From Actinomycetota bacterium (lineage in GTDB: Bacteria; Actinomycetota; Geothermincolia; Geothermincolales; RBG-13-55-18): a DNA stretch of 64,000 bases. Below the pieces are notes generated by a model. The model saw nothing but the letters and a program-made list of their open reading frames with translations. It had not been told where the DNA came from and made no database searches. Numbering within the stretch: the first letter of the stretch is position 1; each line of letters begins with the position of its first letter. The translations under genes were made by a program, and so were the position numbers. The stretch is taken from contig JAFGDU010000097.1 in assembly GCA_016931915.1 (NCBI GenBank), forward strand, positions 934 through 64,933. The letters run 5' to 3'. Of the stretch, positions 29,659 through 38,338 are shown in pieces.

Positions 29659-30642
29659 TTGTTCAAGACACGCATAACCGAGCTTTTCGGCATAGAGTAC
29701 CCCGTCGTCGGGGGATGCATGCAGTGGATCACCGGCCCGGAATTCACCGCGGTGGTGAGCAACGCCGGCGCCCTGGGAATCATGTCGTCCGCGATGTTCC
29801 CCACCCAGGAGGAATTCCATGCGGCCCTGCGCAAACTGAAGGGGCTCACCTCGCAGCCCTTCGCCGTCAACCTCAACCTCTTCCCGGCCCTGCGTCCCAT
29901 CGATAACGACCTCTACGTGGACGTGATCCTGGAGGAGGGCGGGGTGGGGATCGTGGAGACCAGCGGCGCCCGGCCGCCGGCGGAGCTTCTCGCCAGGCTC
30001 AAGGACGGCGGGATAAAGCTCATGCATAAGTGCACCTCCGTGCACCATGCCGCGGTCGCGGAGGAGATGGGTTACGACGCGGTGACTGTCTTCGGCAGCG
30101 AGGGAGGGGGCCATATCGGGGACGCCGGTTTGACCTTCCTCTCCATGGTGCCGCGCGCGGCCGACGTGCTGCGCATACCGGTGATAGCCGCCGGGGGCAT
30201 CGCCGACGGCAGGGGGCTGGCGGCGGCACTGGCCCTGGGAGCGCACGGCGCGCTCATCGGCACCAGGCTGCTCCTCTCCGAGGAATGCCCCATCCACGAC
30301 GGTGTCAAGCGCGCCCTGCTGGACGCGTGCGAGACCGACACCGTGACCGTGCTGGGGACGGTGCACAATAATCTCAGGGTATGGAAGAACCTGGCAGCCG
30401 AGAAGACGGTGGAGCTCGAGGCCTCGGGCGCTCCCTTCGAGGAGATAATCAAGGTGGTGGCGGGCGCCCTTACCCGCAGCATGTTCGAGACGGGTGACCC
30501 GGACGGCGGGATCATCACCTGCAGCCAGGACATAGGGATAATCAGCGAGATAAAAACGGTCGCAGAGATCGTGACCGACATGGTACAAGAAGCCGAGGCG
30601 GTTGCGGGTCAGCTGGCCGCGGGAGATGTGACGGAAAGATAA
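29659..30642 (+). CDS. Nitronate monooxygenase / FabK-like FMN oxidoreductase
   Basis: 'TRITELFGIEYPVV', 'PFAVNL', 'EGGGH', 'PVIAAGGIADGRG'. Confidence 0.9.
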   Translation: MFKTRITELFGIEYPVVGGCMQWITGPEFTAVVSNAGALGIMSSAMFPTQEEFHAALRKLKGLTSQPFAVNLNLFPALRPIDNDLYVDVILEEGGVGIVETSGARPPAELLARLKDGGIKLMHKCTSVHHAAVAEEMGYDAVTVFGSEGGGHIGDAGLTFLSMVPRAADVLRIPVIAAGGIADGRGLAAALALGAHGALIGTRLLLSEECPIHDGVKRALLDACETDTVTVLGTVHNNLRVWKNLAAEKTVELEASGAPFEEIIKVVAGALTRSMFETGDPDGGIITCSQDIGIISEIKTVAEIVTDMVQEAEAVAGQLAAGDVTER

Positions 30643-30656
30643 AGGGAGGGTACGAG

Positions 30657-33278
30657 ATGAAAGATTATGACGTTGTGGTGATCGGCGCCGGTCTGGGAGG
30701 CCTCTCGTCGGCCGCCTTCCTGGCCAAGGCGGGCAAGAAGGTGCTCCTGCTGGAGCGCCATTACGTGCCCGGCGGGTACGCTTCGTCCTTCCTGCGGGGG
30801 CGTTTCGAGTTCGAGATCTCCCTGCACGAGCTCTCCGGCCTGGGGGACGAGGACAACCCGGGGCCGCTGTGGAAACTGCTCAGCGAGGTGGACGTCACCC
30901 GCAGGGTGGATTTCCTGCGCATACCGGAGTTCTACCGCTGCGTGCTGCCGGACGTGGACTTCGTGGTGCCCATCGGGCGCGAGAACTTCGAGGAAGCCAT
31001 GGCCGAGTACTTCCCGGCGGACGCCGAGGGCATCAGGGAGTTCACGGACGTCATGTTCAAGTTCGCCCAGGAGGCGCTGCGCGCCAACCGCGTGGGCATG
31101 AAGATGGTCATGGAACACCAGGAGGAATTCCCCACCCTGCTCGCCTACTTCGGCAAGAGCCTGCAGGAGGTCATGGGCGAGTTCATTAAAGACGAGAGGG
31201 CGCGCACGGTGCTCAACGTGATTTGCGGCTACTACTGCAACCCCCCTTCCACGCTGTCCTTCATGACCTACGCCCTGGGGACGGTGAGCTACCTCCGCTT
31301 CGGCCCCTGGCATGTGAAGGGCAAGAGCCAGGCCCTCTCGCAGGCCTTCGTCGACTCCATCGAGGACATGGGCGGAGAGGTGTGGCTGCGCAACGGGGCG
31401 CAGCGCATCCTCAGCGAGGGCGGCAAGGTCAGGGGAGTGGTGGCCCAGGACGGCACGGAGATACTGTGCCCCACCGTGGTCAGCAACGCCAACCCTTACG
31501 CGACGTGCCTCGAGCTCGTCGGGCGGGAGAACACGCCCGACTGGTATCTCAGGCGGCTCGGCGCCTGGTCGGGAGGGGCCTCCACGGTAAACCTCTACCT
31601 GGGTGTGGACTGCCCCCACGAGGACCTGGGATTGGGGCACCACGAGACCTTCTACAGCGACAACTACGATGTAGACAGCAACTGGAAAAAGATGAATGTC
31701 ATCGCCGTAACCGCCTACAACTCCATCGACCCTACCTTTTCGCCCCCTGGTACCTCCAACCTGGTGTGCACCTCTATCGCCTTCTCGGAGCCGTGGCTGA
31801 AGGTCCCGCCCTCCGAGTACGCGGACGCCAAGCACCGCGTGGCGGACCGCGCCTTGAACCTGGCGGAGAACGTGGCCCCCGGCCTGCGCGACCACATCGA
31901 GGTCATCGAGGTAGCCACGCCGCTCACCAACATCCGCTACTCCCGCAACGTGGGCGGCAGCATCATAGGCTTCGACGAGACCTTCGCCGGGACCGGCCTG
32001 GTGCGCATGCCCGCGACCGGGCCGCTGCAGGGCCTGTATTTCTCCGGGGCCTGGGTCAACATCGGCGGCGGGTACGAGCCCTCCCTGTACTCCGGCTTCC
32101 TCACCTCGCGCAAGGTGCTCGAGGATATGGAGGCCGGGGGCGCCGGGCCCGCGGCCATCGAGAAACTCCAGAAAGACCTCGAGAAACAGGTGGAGGGGAT
32201 GGAACTCCCGGACAGCCCCACCACCCGGGTGGAGCAGGCGCTGGCCGGCCTCCACCCCGACCGCGTCCAGTTGCAGGTGTCCGAGGTCATCGAGGATACG
32301 GCCAGCACCAGGACCCTGCGCATGAAGGCGGCGGAGGGAGAACTGCCCTGGTTCCGGGCCGGCCAGTACGTGAACCTCTTCTGCGAGGTGGAGGGAGTAC
32401 TGACCTCCCGGCCATATTCCATCGCCTCGGCGCCGGGGGCGGGATTCTGGGACATCACCGTGCGGCACATGACCGACGGCTTCGTATCCGACTACCTTCT
32501 CCACGAGGTGAAGGCGGGAGACCGCTTCGAGTCCACGGGGCCCTTCGGGAGCTTCTACTACGAGCCCCTCATGGACACGGGCGACCTGGTGTTTCTTGCC
32601 GGGGGCAGCGGCATCACCCCCTTCGCCTCCATCATCCGCGAGGCGGCTGAGAAGGGCTCGGGCCTGAAGATGCATCTCATCTACGGCAGCAGGGATCCAG
32701 CGGACATCATCTTCGGGGAGGAGATGAAGGAGCTGGAGAAAAAGCTCCCCGACCTCAAGGTGGACTACGTCATCTCCGAGCCTCCCGAGGACTGGGCGGG
32801 GATGTGCGGTCTCCTGGACGCGCAGATGATCTCCGACCTCGTGGGCAAGGTGGAGGGCAAGACCTTCTTTATCTGCGGCCCGGCCCAGATGTACGTGCTC
32901 TGCGAGGGGGCTCTGGAGTCCCTGGGAGTGCCGGGGCGGAGGATACGCCGAGAGGCATACGGTCCCCCCGCCGATATAACCTCGGAGCCGGGATGGCCGG
33001 GAGCCGACCCCGATGCCGTCTTCGAGGTGAGCGAGGAGCGCACGGGAAAGACATTCCAGGCGCGCGCGGGTGAGCCGCTCATGAACTCGCTGGAGCGGGC
33101 GGGTATCGTGGTGGAGGCCGTGTGCCGGGCCGGCGAGTGCTCGGTCTGCCGCACCCGCCTCATCTCCGGCAAGGTCTTCGTTCCGGAGCGGGTGCTCAAG
33201 CGCCAGGTGGATGCGGTGGCCGGATACATCCACCCCTGCATGAGCTACCCACTAGAGAACCTAAGGATACGCATTTAA
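30657..33278 (+). CDS. CrtI/retinol-saturase-like FAD oxidoreductase fused to FNR-type reductase and [2Fe-2S] ferredoxin
   Basis: 'VIGAGLGGL', 'ATPLTN.RY', 'GLYFSGAW'; then 'RPYSIAS', 'AGGSGITP', 'ICGP'; then 'CRAGECSVC...C'; one continuous ORF. Confidence 0.9.
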   Translation: MKDYDVVVIGAGLGGLSSAAFLAKAGKKVLLLERHYVPGGYASSFLRGRFEFEISLHELSGLGDEDNPGPLWKLLSEVDVTRRVDFLRIPEFYRCVLPDVDFVVPIGRENFEEAMAEYFPADAEGIREFTDVMFKFAQEALRANRVGMKMVMEHQEEFPTLLAYFGKSLQEVMGEFIKDERARTVLNVICGYYCNPPSTLSFMTYALGTVSYLRFGPWHVKGKSQALSQAFVDSIEDMGGEVWLRNGAQRILSEGGKVRGVVAQDGTEILCPTVVSNANPYATCLELVGRENTPDWYLRRLGAWSGGASTVNLYLGVDCPHEDLGLGHHETFYSDNYDVDSNWKKMNVIAVTAYNSIDPTFSPPGTSNLVCTSIAFSEPWLKVPPSEYADAKHRVADRALNLAENVAPGLRDHIEVIEVATPLTNIRYSRNVGGSIIGFDETFAGTGLVRMPATGPLQGLYFSGAWVNIGGGYEPSLYSGFLTSRKVLEDMEAGGAGPAAIEKLQKDLEKQVEGMELPDSPTTRVEQALAGLHPDRVQLQVSEVIEDTASTRTLRMKAAEGELPWFRAGQYVNLFCEVEGVLTSRPYSIASAPGAGFWDITVRHMTDGFVSDYLLHEVKAGDRFESTGPFGSFYYEPLMDTGDLVFLAGGSGITPFASIIREAAEKGSGLKMHLIYGSRDPADIIFGEEMKELEKKLPDLKVDYVISEPPEDWAGMCGLLDAQMISDLVGKVEGKTFFICGPAQMYVLCEGALESLGVPGRRIRREAYGPPADITSEPGWPGADPDAVFEVSEERTGKTFQARAGEPLMNSLERAGIVVEAVCRAGECSVCRTRLISGKVFVPERVLKRQVDAVAGYIHPCMSYPLENLRIRI

Positions 33279-33292
33279 CAAGAGGTATCGAT

Positions 33293-33615
33293 AGTATGCA
33301 TCGCGTAAGTCAGACTGCTCGCGCAGCGAGAAGTCAGATTGTGAGGAGCGAAGCGACGTGGCAACCTCGATCAAGCAATAGGCAACGACAGAAAGTGGAT
33401 CGCCTATGCGAAGCGGAAAACCGTGTTGCGAGGAGGCGGAGCCGACGTGGCAAGCTCGATTGAGTATTGCGTTTCGACTGTAAAGCCCGCAATGGGTGAC
33501 GCGATGGTGCCTGTGCCGAGCGAAGTGAGGTATCCCAGCGCCTCCACATTTCCATGTGGGGGCCTGATACCCGTCTCATATCCATTGAGGCCTGGCACGT
33601 GTACGCAACGGAAGA
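33293..33615 (+). repeat. Composite structured intergenic repeat, copy 2
   Basis: Same modules as 29390-29626 plus an extra 'TTGTGAGGAGCGAAGCGACGTGGCAACCTC' arm. Confidence 0.9.
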
Positions 33616-33642
33616 AGATGCCATAGAAAAGGAGGTCGGGTT

Positions 33643-34608
33643 ATGAACGTCGAGGATTACATCTGGGACTACCGCGATCCCTACGCCTGGATGGCCAGGG
33701 TGAGGCAGGGCCTCCCGCCGCTGATCATCTCCTGCGCCATCACGGGAGGAGTGCAGGGCAAGGAGATGAACGAGAACCTGCCCGAGACCCCCGAGGAGCA
33801 GGCGGAGCAGACCAGGGAGGCCTACGAGGCGGGAGCATCCATAGTGCACGTGCACGCCCGCAACCCGGAGGTGCAGTGGATGACCACCAGCGACCCCGAG
33901 GTCTACCGCAAGATCAATGCCATGATCAGGGAGAAGTGCCCGGACATCATCATCAACAACACCACGGGGGGAGGGCCGGAGCTCACCATGGAACAGCGCA
34001 TGGCCTCCATCTACGCCAACCCTGAGCTGTGCTCCCTCAACCTGGGGCCCTTCGTGCTCAAGGTCCCCATGCCGGAGCGTGCAGAGCCCATTCCCCACCC
34101 GCACCCGGCCATGGTCTTCGACCGCTGCATTCCGTGTGCCTACTCAGATATCGAGACCTTCGCCCGCACCATGAAGGAGAAGGGCATCAAGCCGGAGATG
34201 GAGCTGTACCACCCCGGCATGTACTGGGTGGTGCAGGACCTCATAATGGAGGGGCTGATCGAACCCCCCTACGACATCCAGTTCGTCATGGGCTTCCAGA
34301 CCAGCTCCTTCCCCACCCCGGCCAACGTGCTGGGGCTGGTGAGCGAGCTGCCGCCGCAGTCGCTCTTCTTCGTCATCGGCGTGGGCCACTACCAGCTGCC
34401 CATGAACGTGCTGGGCATCATGCTGGGAGGACACGTGAGGGTAGGCATGGAGGATAACCTCTATTACGCGCGGGGAAGGAAGCTGAAGAACAACGCCGAG
34501 CTGGTTGCGAGGATAGCGCGCATCGCCAGGGAGATGAACCGGGAGGTAGCCACCCCGCAGCAGGCCCGGGAGATGCTGGGCATCTCGCAGAAGCCCAGCA
34601 GCTACTGA
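33643..34608 (+). CDS. Beta-keto acid cleavage enzyme (BKACE / Kce family)
   Basis: 'IISCAITG', 'LPETPEE', Zn motif 'HVHAR', 'NNTTGG', 'HVRVGMEDN'. Confidence 0.92.
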   Translation: MNVEDYIWDYRDPYAWMARVRQGLPPLIISCAITGGVQGKEMNENLPETPEEQAEQTREAYEAGASIVHVHARNPEVQWMTTSDPEVYRKINAMIREKCPDIIINNTTGGGPELTMEQRMASIYANPELCSLNLGPFVLKVPMPERAEPIPHPHPAMVFDRCIPCAYSDIETFARTMKEKGIKPEMELYHPGMYWVVQDLIMEGLIEPPYDIQFVMGFQTSSFPTPANVLGLVSELPPQSLFFVIGVGHYQLPMNVLGIMLGGHVRVGMEDNLYYARGRKLKNNAELVARIARIAREMNREVATPQQAREMLGISQKPSSY

Positions 34609-34658
34609 GAGATAACGCATAACAGTCGGATAGACGGGCCTGGAGGGGAGGAAGGACC

Positions 34659-36155
34659 ATGCCTGATTACGATGTCATAGTCATCGGGGCCGGCTGCGGT
34701 GGGCTGACCGCGGGGGCCGTCATGTCCAAACAGGGGCGCAATGTGCTGGTGCTGGAGCAAAGCGACAAGATCGGAGGATGCTGCTCCACTTACGAGCGCG
34801 GCGGTTACCGTTTCGACGTCGGCGCCACCCTCCTGGAGATCATCGTACCCTACGAGATCGCCTTCGAGAGGCTGGGGACCACCCTCAAGGATGAGCTGGA
34901 ACTCGAGCCCTGTGACCCCGTATACAACATCATCTTCCCCGATGGGTCGCGCATGACCTATCCCGCTTCCATAGAGGAGAAGGCGGAGATCATCTCCCGC
35001 ATCTCCCCGGAGGACGGTAAAGCCTGGCTGGAATATGCACGCTATATCGGTGATTTCATGCGCACCGCATTGAGGGGGTTTTTTCTGAGCCCGGTCAACA
35101 ACATGGTTGACATGACTAAGATATTTCTCAAGGATCCTCACCTGCTGAAGTTCTTCCCCCTCTTCAGTAAGTCCTTCGAGGAGATCATGCGCGGTTACTT
35201 TAAAAACGAAAGGGTGCAGGATTCCCTGTCCTACCCGGGGAAGTTCTGTGGCCAACCTCCCGCCCTGGCCCCCGGCATCTTCGCTTTCCTCTCCTACGCG
35301 GAGCACGAGGGAACGTGGTTTCCCAAGGGGGGTATGATCGCCGTTCCCGAGGCGCTGCAGAGGTGCGGCGAGAGGTACGGACTGGAGGTGCGCACCGGGC
35401 AGCAGGTGGACAAGGTCATGGTACGCGATCGCAGGGCCGAGGGGGTGGTGCTCGCGGACGGGACGGAGATAACCGCGCCGGTGGTGGTCTCGAACATCAA
35501 CGCCAAGGTGCTCTACCTGGAGAAGATAGGCGAGGAACACCTGCCCTGGCTGGCACGCTATGGCGTAAAGAGCTACCGCGTCTCGGTCTCCGCACCCATG
35601 ATCAACGTGGGGTTGGACTGGCGGCCGCCCCTTGACGCCCACCATACACTGATCACGGAATCCATGGACAAGATGAACGAGTACTGGTTCGGGGACATGC
35701 GCAAGGGTCTGCTGCCCGAGGAGACCTTCGGCCTCGTGTGTTTCCCGACCTTCTCTGACCCCTCCATGGCCCCCGAGGGACATCACGTGCTCAACATAGT
35801 GCAGTCCGGCCCCTATCACGTGAAAGAAATAGACTGGGACCGTGACAAACAGGCCTACGGGGAGCGGCAGTTGGAGAGGTTGAGCGAGAAGGCCATACCG
35901 GGGCTGGCCGACCACGTGGAGGTGATGGACGTCCTCACCCCCAGGGATTACGAGCGACGCCTGCTCACACCCGAGGGTGCCATCCTGGGTCTGGATATGG
36001 ACCTGCCGTCCTCGACCGTGTTCAGGCCGGCGGCCAGGTCCAAGAGCATCAAGGGGCTTTACCTGGCGGGTGCTTCCACCCATCCCGGAGGAGGGTTGCC
36101 GTCGGTGATAGCCTCGGGCCTCATCGCCGCCGACCTGGTGGACAAGTATGAATAG
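34659..36155 (+). CDS. Phytoene desaturase (CrtI)-family FAD oxidoreductase
   Basis: 'VIGAGCGGL', 'GYRFDVGAT', 'FPKGGM', 'GLYLAGASTHPGGGLP'. Confidence 0.88.
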   Translation: MPDYDVIVIGAGCGGLTAGAVMSKQGRNVLVLEQSDKIGGCCSTYERGGYRFDVGATLLEIIVPYEIAFERLGTTLKDELELEPCDPVYNIIFPDGSRMTYPASIEEKAEIISRISPEDGKAWLEYARYIGDFMRTALRGFFLSPVNNMVDMTKIFLKDPHLLKFFPLFSKSFEEIMRGYFKNERVQDSLSYPGKFCGQPPALAPGIFAFLSYAEHEGTWFPKGGMIAVPEALQRCGERYGLEVRTGQQVDKVMVRDRRAEGVVLADGTEITAPVVVSNINAKVLYLEKIGEEHLPWLARYGVKSYRVSVSAPMINVGLDWRPPLDAHHTLITESMDKMNEYWFGDMRKGLLPEETFGLVCFPTFSDPSMAPEGHHVLNIVQSGPYHVKEIDWDRDKQAYGERQLERLSEKAIPGLADHVEVMDVLTPRDYERRLLTPEGAILGLDMDLPSSTVFRPAARSKSIKGLYLAGASTHPGGGLPSVIASGLIAADLVDKYE

Positions 36156-36184
36156 AGGCAAGGTGTTTTTCATACCGAACGGAG

Positions 36185-36228
36185 GAACCACCGCCGAAGG
36201 CGCTCCGCCTTCCCGGGCGGAGCGTGCC
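36185..36228 (+). repeat. 44-nt hairpin repeat, copy A
   Basis: GAACCACCGCCGAAGGCGCTCCGCCTTCCCGGGCGGAGCGTGCC; near-identical to 38227-38270. Confidence 0.75.
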
Positions 36229-36341
36229 GGGTCTGTTGTGCGCATGGACGGGGACGTTTTCCTCCCGGGCCGCACTCTCGTGAAGGACCTGGCACGCATA
36301 CATCGGTTGGCAGGATTTGTCGAAAGAGGGAGTGAGTTCTT

Positions 36342-37838
36342 ATGCCTGATTATGACGTGATAGTGATCGGAGCCGGAGGAGGAGGCCTCTCGTCCGGGGC
36401 CATTCTGGCCAAGGAGGGGCGAAAGGTCCTGGTGCTGGAGCAGAGCGACCTCATCGGCGGCTGCTGCTCCACCTTCGAGAGGGAGGGGTACGAATTCGAC
36501 GTGGGCGCCTCTATAGTGGAGGTCATCGGCTCCATCGAGAACGTATTCGAGAGACTGGGCACCACCTTCCAGAAGGAAGTGGACCTGGTGACCTGCGACC
36601 CCGTGTACAGCTGCGTGCTCAGGGACGGCACCAAGGTCACGGTACCTCATTCAATGGAAGGCACCGTGGAGGCCCTGTCCCGCATATCGGAGCAGGATGG
36701 AAAAAACTACCGTAATTTCGCCGACTACACCGGCGGCTTCCTGGCCGAGACGCAGAAGGGTTTCTTCTCCAGCGCCCTCAACGGATTAGGTGACTTTCTC
36801 AGGGTCTTCCGCGCCAGCCCCGGATTGCTCAATTACCAGGACCTCTTCACCAGCTCCTACCAGGATGTATTGCGCAAGTACTTCAAGAGCGCTCAGGTAC
36901 AGGAGACCATGTCCTTCCAGAGCTGGTACGTGGGGCTTCCCCCCGAACTGGCGCCCGGCGTTTTCTCCATACTGGGGTACACGGAGCACGAAGGGGTATG
37001 GTATCCGCGGGGAGGCATGGTCGCCATACCGCAGGCACTTGCCAGCTGCGGTGAAAGACACGGCATGGAACTGCGTACGGGCTCACGCGTGCGCAAGGTC
37101 CTGGTGCGCGATCGTCGCGTACAGGGCGTTGTGCTCGACGACGGCAGCGAGATCACCACGCGGGCGGTCGTATCCAATATCAACGCCAAGACCCTCTACC
37201 TCGACCTTATAGGAGAGGAGCACCTGCATCCACTGGCCCGCTACGGTATCAAGAGCTACAGCCCTTCGGTCTCCGCCATCATGGTCTGCCTGGGGGTAGA
37301 TTACGAGCCTCCCCTGGATGCCCATCACACCATCATCACCGCTCCATACGAGGAGATGAACGACTACTGGTGGAACCGGCTGCAGAAGGGCCTCCTGCCC
37401 AAGGAGCAGTTCGGCCTGGTCTGCTGGGCGACGAAGTCCGATCCCTCCCTGGCGCCGGAGGGGTGTCATGCCATCAACGTCATCCTCATGGGGCCCCACG
37501 CCTTGAGCGGCACGGACTGGGACCGGGAGAAGGAACGTTTTCTCGAGGATTCCATCGAGTATCTCACCCGCAAGGCGGTGCCCGGGCTTTCCGACCACGT
37601 CAAGGTGGCGGAGATAATAACCCCCCTAGATTACGAGCGCAGGTTGCTTCATCCCGGCGGCGCCATCTACGGCCTGCAACAGGACCTGTCCGCCCAGACC
37701 GTATTGCGCCCACGCTCCAAGTCCAAGAGCATAGCCGGGCTTTACCTGGCGGGAGCCTCCACCCATCCCGGCGGCGGGGTTCCCACCACCATCGGCTCGG
37801 GCATGGTGGCGGCCGACCTGGTCAATAAATATGAATAA
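36342..37838 (+). CDS. Phytoene desaturase (CrtI)-family FAD oxidoreductase, tandem paralog
   Basis: Same length (498 aa) and same termini (MPDYDVIVIGAG / AADLV.KYE) as 34659-36155. Confidence 0.88.
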   Translation: MPDYDVIVIGAGGGGLSSGAILAKEGRKVLVLEQSDLIGGCCSTFEREGYEFDVGASIVEVIGSIENVFERLGTTFQKEVDLVTCDPVYSCVLRDGTKVTVPHSMEGTVEALSRISEQDGKNYRNFADYTGGFLAETQKGFFSSALNGLGDFLRVFRASPGLLNYQDLFTSSYQDVLRKYFKSAQVQETMSFQSWYVGLPPELAPGVFSILGYTEHEGVWYPRGGMVAIPQALASCGERHGMELRTGSRVRKVLVRDRRVQGVVLDDGSEITTRAVVSNINAKTLYLDLIGEEHLHPLARYGIKSYSPSVSAIMVCLGVDYEPPLDAHHTIITAPYEEMNDYWWNRLQKGLLPKEQFGLVCWATKSDPSLAPEGCHAINVILMGPHALSGTDWDREKERFLEDSIEYLTRKAVPGLSDHVKVAEIITPLDYERRLLHPGGAIYGLQQDLSAQTVLRPRSKSKSIAGLYLAGASTHPGGGVPTTIGSGMVAADLVNKYE

Positions 37839-37849
37839 GAAATACATCT

Positions 37850-37945
37850 CGACAGCATATATCGCGAAAGCGATTGCGCCGTCTGCGGCGCAACAGTGTC
37901 CCAGCACCTTCACGTTTCAGAACGTGAAGGCCTGGCACATGTACG
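37850..37945 (+). repeat. Structured intergenic repeat, copy 3
   Basis: 96 nt, colinear with 58556-58651; two hairpins followed by GGCCTGGCAC.TGTACG. Confidence 0.88.
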
Positions 37946-38005
37946 TTCCGGATATGTATCCGTCATCCGAGGCTGAATCGGTAGGTAAGACGATAGGAGG
38001 TTGAA

Positions 38006-38191
38006 ATGGCACGCAAAGAAGATATCGAAGTCGCAAAGGGAGGAATTATAAAGAAGATCAGGCCCTTGATCCTGCTGGCGCTGGTGGCCGGGTTGGCCTT
38101 TAAGTACACACAGCTGGACGAATCCAAGAAGCGTTTCATCATGCACCTGGCGAAGCAGGCGCCCTATCTACCCGGCCGTTACTACGCCTGA
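38006..38191 (+). CDS. Small single-TM hypothetical protein
   Basis: Strong RBS AGGAGGT; hydrophobic 'LILLALVAGLAF'. Confidence 0.7.
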   Translation: MARKEDIEVAKGGIIKKIRPLILLALVAGLAFKYTQLDESKKRFIMHLAKQAPYLPGRYYA

Positions 38192-38226
38192 GGTTAAAGC
38201 TTGTTCTCATCATGCAGCCTTATAGA

Positions 38227-38270
38227 GAACCACCGCCGCAGGCGCTCCGTCTTCCGGGGCAGAGCGTGCC
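38227..38270 (+). repeat. 44-nt hairpin repeat, copy B
   Basis: GAACCACCGCCGCAGGCGCTCCGTCTTCCGGGGCAGAGCGTGCC, between convergent genes. Confidence 0.75.
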
Positions 38271-38338
38271 TGTTCTTTTGTGCGGACAATACGTGGTGTT
38301 GATCTCAAACGCTGCTGAGCGCATGAAGAGGGAAATGC

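Noticed and set aside
30609-33233. 874-aa antisense ORF, and similar long antisense ORFs (34602-36650, 45936-47606, 53974-55386, 23382-24716)
   Set aside because: Shadows of high-GC codon bias opposite well-supported genes; no recognisable motifs
29390-33615. Long repeats or the heptamer tract as a CRISPR array
   Set aside because: Copies are kilobases apart or lack unique equal-length spacers; no cas genes in the window
34659-37838. Carotenoid biosynthesis operon (crtI)
   Set aside because: No phytoene synthase, GGPP synthase or cyclase nearby, and the context is catabolic; gene symbol withheld
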